A stretch of DNA of 64,000 nt from an uncultured Bacteroidales bacterium. Its GTDB lineage: Bacteria > Bacteroidota > Bacteroidia > Bacteroidales > B18-G4. Below are positions 57,217 through 64,000 of this stretch, in pieces. The stretch spans positions 3,900 to 67,899 of the forward strand of contig CAZHFC010000016.1 in assembly GCA_964531985.1 (NCBI GenBank), read 5' to 3'. A program made the position numbers and the translations under genes. The notes beneath the pieces are model-generated. The model saw only the letters and a program-made list of their open reading frames with translations. It had not been told where the DNA came from and searched no databases. Each line of letters starts with the position of its first letter. The stretch's first letter is position 1.

Positions 57217-58179
57217 AACCTCGAACTCCAGATTCTGGATATTATCTCCGATTCCTGAAATTTCGGTGTATTTTAATAAGGTTTTGCCAATTCCAACTGC
57301 ATAACCATTGGTTGGGGAAGTGAAGTGGATGCCGAGTAATGTATTTGTCGTTAGCCCATCTGCCTCAATTGTCCAGGTTGTCCCGCCATTAATGGTATGC
57401 AGAATCCTTCCGCCGCTGTTAATTGCCCAGCCCTGATTGGTATTTAAAAAATAAACCTTAATAAGGGTATGATTCTGCGGGTCAGGATTTGTTTGCTCAA
57501 ACCAGTTTTTCCCGTCTGTTGTAAGGGCGATAATACCTCCATCACCTACAACCCAACCATTTAATGAATCGACCATGTAAATTGCATTGTATCCACCACT
57601 CGGGTAATCCTGGTCGGCGGCTGTCCAGGTTCCATTGATAAAATGTCTAATAATACTTCCTCCACAAACCCAACCTTCAGAACTATTAACAGGGAAACTA
57701 ATACCAGTTTGCGTGTCAGGAACTCCGCTGTTCATTTTAGTTACACCAGTACTATGGATCATCCAAATATTCCCGTTTAATCCGCAACAATAGCCTGTAT
57801 CTCCTGCAGGGGGAAAAGAAATATCTGCCAGAGTTGTTGACATTGTTCCATGAAAATCCCAGTGTTCGCCACCATCGGTTGTTTTGTAAATAAAACCACT
57901 GGCACCTCCGGCGTAGCCTACATTGGCATTTAACATATGGATGGCATTACAAGTATATAAAGTGGTTTGCACCTCAAAAGTCTGTCCTCCATCGGTGGTG
58001 TGGTATATTTCGGCTATTGAACTACTTGTAATCCAGCCTTCATCGTCGGAAACAAAGAACACATCCGTCAAGTTGGGAGTGCCGGGGAGGTTAGCGCTGA
58101 TGTCTTTCCAGCCGTATTGCTGGCTGCTGGCGCCAAGGCTTATCGCGGTTAAAAAAATGATTGCAAATAGTTTCTTCAT
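56959..58179 (-). CDS. BNR/Ycf48-like beta-propeller protein with T9SS C-terminal sorting domain
   Basis: Signal peptide, repeated blades (TTDGGQTF, TTDGGEHW, TTDGKNW, TINGGTTW), and a sorting domain identical to that of the next gene. Confidence 0.75.
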   Translation of the reverse strand: MKKLFAIIFLTAISLGASSQQYGWKDISANLPGTPNLTDVFFVSDDEGWITSSSIAEIYHTTDGGQTFEVQTTLYTCNAIHMLNANVGYAGGASGFIYKTTDGGEHWDFHGTMSTTLADISFPPAGDTGYCCGLNGNIWMIHSTGVTKMNSGVPDTQTGISFPVNSSEGWVCGGSIIRHFINGTWTAADQDYPSGGYNAIYMVDSLNGWVVGDGGIIALTTDGKNWFEQTNPDPQNHTLIKVYFLNTNQGWAINSGGRILHTINGGTTWTIEADGLTTNTLLGIHFTSPTNGYAVGIGKTLLKYTEISGIGDNIQNLEFEVYPNPCRDKISIRHSAPGTNVIPSGVEGQNSKLKIVDLYGRVVYEYKNSGVRESEIIVDVSHLPSGLYLVKLQTEDGVGVRKIIKL

Positions 58180-58303
58180 CGCATTGTATTTATTGGTGCG
58201 CGGTACGAGGCACGCGGTTATTCATTGTCCATTGTCAATTTTCAACTGTCAGTTTTCAATTTATCTCGCATTCCCGTATTCCCGAACTCTCGTATTCTTG
58301 TTT

Positions 58304-58571
58304 TCATCCAAAATCATAGCTTAATGATCTTCCGCACTCCAACCCCATCCTCAGTCTGCAGCTTCACCAGGTATAGTCCCGACGGCAAATGGCTTACATC
58401 AACAATTATCTCTGACTCTCTGACTCCCGAATTCTTGTATTCATAAACTACCCTTCCGTACAGGTCAACAATCTTCAGTTTTGAGTTTTGCCCCTCGACT
58501 CCGCTCGGGATGACATTGGTGCCGGGTGCCGAGTGCCGAATACTTATTTTATCCCGGCAGGGATTGGGGTA
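58304..58571. repeat. 268-bp perfect direct repeat, copy 2
   Basis: Identical to 56949-57216. Identity breaks at ggggta|a versus ggggta|t on one side and at a|tcatcc versus t|tcatcc on the other. Confidence 0.95.
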
Positions 58572-60794
58572 TACGGCAAAATCGATCTCCTGCACGGGCT
58601 CCTCTATCCCCAGGTTCCCTTTCTTGACCAAAATACCGACACTTTCCTTGGTTCCCGTCTCACAGGTGAAGCTTCCGTACCAGTCGGATGTTACAGGAAC
58701 CAGCCACCTGAGCACCTGCGATGTCTCCCCGTCGAAATCATCCGAATCGAGGATGGCATCATCGTAATACCACTGGTAGGTTTCCGACTGGACCACGGCA
58801 TCAAATTTCACTATGCTCTCAATTGGTTTGTCGTCGATCAGTTCGATGTATTGTTCATTGCTGACATAAACATGCGTTAGGTGATTGACCCATTGCCCGT
58901 TATTGGTGATATTGCCGTTAATGTACAGGAAGAGATATTCACCTCCGTAGTTATCCATGATCACCCCGTGGTTGACCACACTCCCATCTACGGGCAGATG
59001 ATAATGCTTGGCTCCTCCCCCGTATGCATTTGGCATCAGGGTATCGCCTATGGTTACCGGCCCTTCGAATGAAACGCTGTCATCGACAAAAACCCGATCA
59101 TACACTTCCAGTCCGTTGATGCAATCAAGATATTGCAGGTAACCACCGTGCAGTTTTGCATGATCCAATATGCCGTTGTGCAGCCAGCCTCCCATTGTGA
59201 GGGACTTGCCTTTCATATCCAGGATTGCACCTCCCAGGTCAAAATCACCGGAAAAACCAAGGTCGCCCGTGAGTGTGCTCAGGTCATTATTGCTTTCAAG
59301 GTTGATAAACTTGCTTTCGAAGACGCAGCCCTGGTCCTGGTACAGGCTTTGAAACTGGGTCCCGTTGAGCACGGTTTCAGTATTTTTCCACACTCCCCGG
59401 TTTTCCAGGTTGCCGGAAATATGAAGTCGCAGCATATCACCAGGGTTGATGTCGCGCACGACCCCTTCATTCCTGAAATTACCATCGACAAAAAGGTCGA
59501 AATACTTGCTTCCGCCGCCGTATACATTCGACTGCAGGGTGTCGATCACCAGCACATCGTTCAGGAAGAGGTTGCCGTCGTCGCAGGTCACCGACCCGTA
59601 GATCTTCAGGGCATCCAGGCTGGTCAGGTTCTGTATGTATGCATTTTTCAGCAAACAGTTGTCGATATAGCCATTATACAGCCATCCTTCCACCCGGAGC
59701 ATCATGTTCTCCATGTAGAGCGTCGCTCTTCCCAGGTTGAAATCCTGTAATATGGAGATGTCGCTGTTGGCGCGTATGCTGCTGGTCGAATCGAGATCGG
59801 AAAAATAGGAGTCAAAAACCATTCCGTTGGCCTGGGTGATACTTTGCTCCTGCTCCCCAACCAGCTTAACGTAATAACAGCTCCAATGCCCGTTATTCAC
59901 AATGTCGCCTGTGATGAGGATGCTGAGCCGGTCGTCGTTCTTCTGGTCGTTGTTGTCCCTGATCACCCCGTTGTTGGTCAGGTTTCCCTCTATCAGCAGG
60001 TTTTGAATACCCAGCCCGCCGCCGTATTCATTGTTCTGCAGTGTATCGCTGACCGTGACGTTCCCGACAAACCTGAGCGTATCTGCAGGGCTTTTGTTTA
60101 CGGCAAACCTGCCCTTGATGAAGAAGTTGCCTTCTATCGTCCCGTTATAGATGAGCGTGCCGGTTGCATCCAGGGAATGGCTACCCATATGCAGGGTCGA
60201 ACCTCCCAGGTTGAAATCCATGACGTTCGTATTATTGGTAAAAAAAATACAGTCGAATTTCAGGTCGCTGTCGGCATAGATATCGCATGGGGCCGTGCAT
60301 TCCCATACACCTCCGAAGACACTTCCCTGACCCTGGCTTATATGCTGGCCGTTACCGGTCAGCAAGGTCTTTTCAGGCCTCCAGCTTCCATCATTATAGA
60401 TATTACCGTTTATGTTCAGCTGAAGGTATTCATAGTCATCAGGTATGGTGCCGCAATGTATCATCCCGTGATTTGTAAAATCATGGGCAACATGAAGGAT
60501 AAATGTCCCCAGCCCGCCGCCATATTCGTGGGGTTGCAATGAGCCGCCCGTTTCAACGATTACCCATCCGCCAACACTGTGGTGAATTTCATAACCAATA
60601 ACATGACCTATGATCACCGGGCCATGGATAACCGCCGTATCGCTTTGTCCGGGTATAACACCACCTATCCATGTCGACTCATTATTCCATTTTCCGCCAG
60701 TAGTTGTTGAATGAATGGTATTTGCCAGCGTGGAAGCGCTGAAAAATACAATGGCAAGCAAAGCCAATGTCTTTAATGTAATAATATTTCTCAT
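58314..60794 (-). CDS. Large T9SS cargo protein built from four ~167-aa internal repeats
   Basis: Signal peptide. The motif E/V/A-YGGG followed by x10-12, N.G and V/I recurs at about aa 91, 257, 425 and 591. The C-terminus is the duplicated sorting domain. Confidence 0.75.
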   Translation of the reverse strand: MRNIITLKTLALLAIVFFSASTLANTIHSTTTGGKWNNESTWIGGVIPGQSDTAVIHGPVIIGHVIGYEIHHSVGGWVIVETGGSLQPHEYGGGLGTFILHVAHDFTNHGMIHCGTIPDDYEYLQLNINGNIYNDGSWRPEKTLLTGNGQHISQGQGSVFGGVWECTAPCDIYADSDLKFDCIFFTNNTNVMDFNLGGSTLHMGSHSLDATGTLIYNGTIEGNFFIKGRFAVNKSPADTLRFVGNVTVSDTLQNNEYGGGLGIQNLLIEGNLTNNGVIRDNNDQKNDDRLSILITGDIVNNGHWSCYYVKLVGEQEQSITQANGMVFDSYFSDLDSTSSIRANSDISILQDFNLGRATLYMENMMLRVEGWLYNGYIDNCLLKNAYIQNLTSLDALKIYGSVTCDDGNLFLNDVLVIDTLQSNVYGGGSKYFDLFVDGNFRNEGVVRDINPGDMLRLHISGNLENRGVWKNTETVLNGTQFQSLYQDQGCVFESKFINLESNNDLSTLTGDLGFSGDFDLGGAILDMKGKSLTMGGWLHNGILDHAKLHGGYLQYLDCINGLEVYDRVFVDDSVSFEGPVTIGDTLMPNAYGGGAKHYHLPVDGSVVNHGVIMDNYGGEYLFLYINGNITNNGQWVNHLTHVYVSNEQYIELIDDKPIESIVKFDAVVQSETYQWYYDDAILDSDDFDGETSQVLRWLVPVTSDWYGSFTCETGTKESVGILVKKGNLGIEEPVQEIDFAVYPNPCRDKISIRHSAPGTNVIPSGVEGQNSKLKIVDLYGRVVYEYKNSGVRESEIIVDVSHLPSGLYLVKLQTEDGVGVRKIIKL

Positions 60795-60798
60795 AATT

Positions 60799-61170
60799 TC
60801 AGGTTTTTGGATTAATATATTTTTCGATAATCTCCGTCAGTTGTATCAATTTTTTTTCTTTGACGGGAATTTTTTTTCCATCAGACAGGAGTATCCCGTC
60901 CACGGCTTTATCAGGAATTTTGCTGATATGCTCCGCATTCACAAGATGATCGGGATGGATCCGGATAAAACTGCAGTTCCCCATCTGATCTTCGATGATA
61001 TCCAGGCTTAACTGCATGATCATTGTCTGCCCGTTCTTCAGGTACAGCTTGCATGTATTTCCGTCTGCCTCAATGCGGATCACCATATGATCCTTCAACA
61101 ACAATTCCTGTTTCCCTGTTTTGAGTTTCATTACGAACCACTTGTGTCGTAAAGGTACATCAGGGGGCAT
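60799..61170 (-). CDS. Stand-alone LytTR DNA-binding domain protein
   Basis: The 123-aa protein matches the LytTR pattern (IRIEADGNTCKLYLKNGQTMIMQLSLDIIEDQM..FIRIHPDHLVN). Its stop lies 4 bp from the start of the downstream cargo gene. Confidence 0.75.
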   Translation of the reverse strand: MPPDVPLRHKWFVMKLKTGKQELLLKDHMVIRIEADGNTCKLYLKNGQTMIMQLSLDIIEDQMGNCSFIRIHPDHLVNAEHISKIPDKAVDGILLSDGKKIPVKEKKLIQLTEIIEKYINPKT

Positions 61171-61232
61171 GCAAAAGTGTGGACAGTTGATTATCTGCCG
61201 GTGAGAAATGATTATTTGCCGGGATTGATCAA

Positions 61233-61970
61233 TTACATCTGCTCAAAGAGCCTGAAGAGCGCATCTTTTTTGCGCAGTGAGACAGGCACCTGGGAGTCGT
61301 CGTCCATCACGATATGCCCGCCCTCCGACTTATCGTAGCGCAGCACATGCTCGAGGTTTACAAGGTGGGATTGGTGTGTGCGGAAAAAGCCTGCCTTTTC
61401 AAGCACTTCCGCATAATCTTTCAGTGGTTTCGAAACGGTCATCTTCTTTCCGTTGTCGAGGTGGAAATGGGTATAGTTCACATCGGCTTCGCATCGGATG
61501 ATGCTGCCGATGTTGATGATATGGATGCTTTCGGCCGTTTTCAGGATGATTTTCCTGAGTTTTTCCAGGTTTGAGAGCAGGGCGTTGACCTTCATGGCCA
61601 TCTGCTCCTGACTGATATATTCGGCGGCCTTTTCCACTGCCGTGATGAGGTCGGCGGCGATGACCGGCTTTAGAATGTAATCGAGGGCACTGCACCTGAA
61701 AGCCCTGATGGCATATTCATCGTGGGCCGTGATAAAGATCACCCTGAAGCATATCTTTTCAAATCTGTTCAGCAGGTCGAAGCCATTGCCATCGGGAAGG
61801 TTGATATCGAGAAAAACGAGCTGGGGCGCCTTTGTTGTGATCAGGTCATACGCCGAAGCCACATCGCCGGCTTCACCGAGAACATCAAGCTTAATTCCCG
61901 ACAGTCTGAGGATCTCACGAATGGTTTGCCGCGCATTGGATTCATCATCTACAATAACAGCTGTGATCAT
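61233..61970 (-). CDS. LytR/AlgR family response regulator (receiver + LytTR)
   Basis: Receiver (AVIVDDESNARQTI, LVFLDINLPDGNGFDL) and LytTR (IIRCEADVNYTHFHLDNGKKMTVSKPLKDY..FFRTHQSHLVN). The ATG at 61970 is used; the longer ORF overlaps the kinase gene. Confidence 0.9.
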   Translation of the reverse strand: MITAVIVDDESNARQTIREILRLSGIKLDVLGEAGDVASAYDLITTKAPQLVFLDINLPDGNGFDLLNRFEKICFRVIFITAHDEYAIRAFRCSALDYILKPVIAADLITAVEKAAEYISQEQMAMKVNALLSNLEKLRKIILKTAESIHIINIGSIIRCEADVNYTHFHLDNGKKMTVSKPLKDYAEVLEKAGFFRTHQSHLVNLEHVLRYDKSEGGHIVMDDDSQVPVSLRKKDALFRLFEQM

Positions 61971-61989
61971 ATCAGCATGGTTTTTTCGT

Positions 61990-64000
61990 TTAACACCTGC
62001 AGGGTATATCGATCTCCACCCGCACTCCTTTTTCACCCTTGCCGAGGGTTTCCAGGTCGGTGATCTGCAATCTGAATTTTTTTCTGTTCCTGCCCGAAAG
62101 CATCTCAAGCCTTTCGCGTGTGATCTCCAGTGCCAGGCCCCGGTGTTGTTCCTTGCCTTTCCCCTGCCGGGCCTTATCAAGCCCAACACCGTTATCTTCC
62201 ACCCTGATCCTGACCCTTCCCTCTTCCATCAGGGTATATTCAACGCTCAGCATGCCCTTCCCCTGTTTATTGCGCAACCCGTGCTCGATGGCATTTTCCA
62301 CGAAAGGCTGGGCAAACATGGAAGGGATCATTACAACTTCCGCATCGATGGCAGGATCAATCACGATATCATATTCAAACTTCTCGTCGAATCGTAATTT
62401 TTGCAGTTCCAGGTAGGTCCGGAGCATGGCAATCTCTTTCCCGAAAATGATAAAATCGCCCCTGCTGCTTTCCAGTGTCTGTCTGACCAGTTCGGCGAAC
62501 CTGGCAAGAAAGTCGGCTGCCTTCACGGGTTCGTTCCGGTATATATAATTCTGGATGGCGATCATGGTATTGAAAATGAAATGGGGGTTCATCTGCGACC
62601 GCAATAACTTTTGTTCCAGTTCGGCGGCTTTTTTTCTCGATTTTAACCTGCTCTGAACGAAAAACAGGTACAGCAGCAGCAATATGAACAGCACCCCTCC
62701 TGCCATGGTGATCAATATGCGGTTACGGTTCAGCAATTTGAGTTTCTGCACTTCGGTTTGTTCGCTGAGAAGGGCTATTTGCTGCTCCCGTTTCTCCGAT
62801 TCATATTTTTTCTCGAGTTCTGCAATGGCCTTATATTTTTCCGAATTAAAAATGCTGTCTTTCAGGCACGCATGTTCCTTAAAGTATTCAAGTGCCATGC
62901 CTGTCTCGCCCCTGGCCATGCAAATGTCTGACATGACGGCATGGGCCCGGCTTTCCAGTTCAACGGATGCTGTCTCCCGGGCAAGGCCGAGCGCCCGGGA
63001 AGCATTTTCGCGGGCTTTCTCGAGCCTCCCTTCATGTAAACAGATCTCGCTCATCCTTATTAGTATTCCGGCCATCGTTGTCTGATCATTTTCCCGGGAT
63101 GACAGTGCCATGGCCTGCCCGTAATAGCTGAGTGCCATTTCATGCTCACCTTCTTCCTGCCAGCTTTCGCCGATCAGGAAAAGGCATTCATCATACTGGT
63201 GGTTATAGTCGCTTTGCATATAAAACAGCCTTGACTTTTCATAATACTCCCTGGCAAGGCCATACTGCCCTTTCCGGGCATAAACATAGCCAACGCCAAG
63301 GTTGCAGGCCGACTCCCTGACCTGGTCATTGATCCCGGTCGACAATTCCAGGGCCCGGAAATAATAGCGAAGTGCATTTTCAAAGTCGTCCTGTTTGCTG
63401 TACACGGCACCTATATTTTGCAGGCAGGTAGCAATCCTCCGGATGTGGCCAAGATCTTCGAGTAACTTCAGGGCGTCAATATAATGCTCCAAAGCGATAA
63501 GCAGGTAACCTTTTTCCTTGTGTGCATTTCCGAGGTTGACGCGGCAGGCAGCGATCCAGGATGAATCACCGCACAGGTATGCATAGGCCAGGGCCTTTTC
63601 GTAATAGAAGAGCGCTTCGTCGGGCTTCCCCTGGTTTTTCAGTACGATCCCGATCTCGCTGTATGATTCGGAAAGAAGGCCGGGATCATCCAGCTCATGC
63701 GCAATGGCCAGCGCCCTGTTAAAAAAGGCAAGGGCGCTGTCGTAGGCACTGCCAAAAAAATATTCAATCCCAAACTCGAGGTGTATCCTTGCCTGGTATC
63801 TTTTAAAAACATCCAGGGGGAATTCGGAAGGTGCAAGCCCCATTGCGAGAAGGCTGTCGATATTCCGTCCGACCAGTTCCTGCGCCAGGCCAAAATAATG
63901 GAGCAGTGAATCGGAAGGGCCATTAATATAAAGGTAACCTTCTTTGAACAGTTTGGCGATGACGGCCGTGTCGCGGGCAAAGACACCTTCTCCTTCCTGC
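61990..64000 (-). CDS. TPR-repeat sensor histidine kinase, LytS/YehU type (5' end outside window)
   Basis: The order is TPR-like repeats, one TM helix, a His_kinase motif (MNPHFIFNTMIAIQNYI), then HATPase_c (VEDNGVGL). I translated the frame upstream of the first Met (63843) and found no stop before base 63999, so the gene continues past the window edge. Confidence 0.85.
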   Translation of the reverse strand, partial: QEGEGVFARDTAVIAKLFKEGYLYINGPSDSLLHYFGLAQELVGRNIDSLLAMGLAPSEFPLDVFKRYQARIHLEFGIEYFFGSAYDSALAFFNRALAIAHELDDPGLLSESYSEIGIVLKNQGKPDEALFYYEKALAYAYLCGDSSWIAACRVNLGNAHKEKGYLLIALEHYIDALKLLEDLGHIRRIATCLQNIGAVYSKQDDFENALRYYFRALELSTGINDQVRESACNLGVGYVYARKGQYGLAREYYEKSRLFYMQSDYNHQYDECLFLIGESWQEEGEHEMALSYYGQAMALSSRENDQTTMAGILIRMSEICLHEGRLEKARENASRALGLARETASVELESRAHAVMSDICMARGETGMALEYFKEHACLKDSIFNSEKYKAIAELEKKYESEKREQQIALLSEQTEVQKLKLLNRNRILITMAGGVLFILLLLYLFFVQSRLKSRKKAAELEQKLLRSQMNPHFIFNTMIAIQNYIYRNEPVKAADFLARFAELVRQTLESSRGDFIIFGKEIAMLRTYLELQKLRFDEKFEYDIVIDPAIDAEVVMIPSMFAQPFVENAIEHGLRNKQGKGMLSVEYTLMEEGRVRIRVEDNGVGLDKARQGKGKEQHRGLALEITRERLEMLSGRNRKKFRLQITDLETLGKGEKGVRVEIDIPCRC

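Noticed and set aside
61971-62189. Long N-terminal extension of the LytTR response regulator
   Set aside because: It overlaps the 3' end of the histidine kinase gene in another frame. The receiver domain starts at the Met at 61970.
63639-63986. 115-aa minus-strand ORF near the window edge
   Set aside because: It is in a different frame from the histidine kinase reading frame. I translated the kinase frame and found it open to the window end, with TPR-like sequence continuing.
1-64000. Search for tRNA, rRNA, tmRNA, transposases, integrases and prophage genes
   Set aside because: No T-loop (GGTTCGAATCC-type) or anticodon-arm patterns appear in the larger intergenic gaps. No ORF has DDE/transposase, tyrosine/serine recombinase or phage structural motifs. 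The only mobile-looking item is the inverted-repeat-bracketed four-helix-bundle cassette.

Overview
The window looks like a chromosomal segment of a Bacteroidota genome. The evidence is eight predicted type IX secretion (T9SS) C-terminal sorting domains, the bamD-rpoZ-coaBC-DUF4835-recN gene order, TAnnTTTG-type promoter motifs and about 50% GC. I found no rRNA, tRNA, CRISPR array, transposase or integrase. From 1 to 31.8 kb the content is mostly housekeeping: P5C dehydrogenase 3' end, OsmC, Nudix, ClpS, NfeD-FloA, RelA/SpoT, orphan ABC solute-binding protein, DapA, M14 carboxypeptidase, an alpha-oxoamine synthase, BamD, RpoZ, CoaBC, RecN, FabI, two acyl-CoA dehydrogenases, ClpC and GyrA. At 31.88-32.52 kb lies the feature that annotation explains least. 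It is a non-coding array of seven tandem ~91-bp units, each with a ~50-nt imperfect hairpin, and the variable positions inside the hairpin preserve pairing only if it is read as plus-strand RNA. From 32.6 to 44.7 kb and from 53.2 to 64 kb the content is accessory-looking: T9SS cargo genes (BNR/Ycf48-like propellers, DUF1566 and FISUMP domains, and a protein with four ~167-aa repeats). Their neighbours are a TPR-LuxR regulator and a TPR-histidine kinase/LytTR system. From 44.8 to 52.8 kb there is an SOS-type island. It holds a Cho-like exonuclease/GIY-YIG gene and a CI-like HTH/S24 (non-canonical LexA-type) repressor, divergent from an apparently catalytically intact dinB plus dnaE2, with no imuA or imuB in the window. 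A four-helix-bundle gene bracketed by 40-bp inverted repeats is wedged exactly between the dnaE2 stop and the stop of an SRAP (YedK-like) gene. A family of AT-rich word repeats and GC-rich hairpins recurs in intergenic gaps, and similar sequence appears in frame inside T9SS C-terminal domains. All functional calls rest on motifs read from the supplied translations; no database search was possible.
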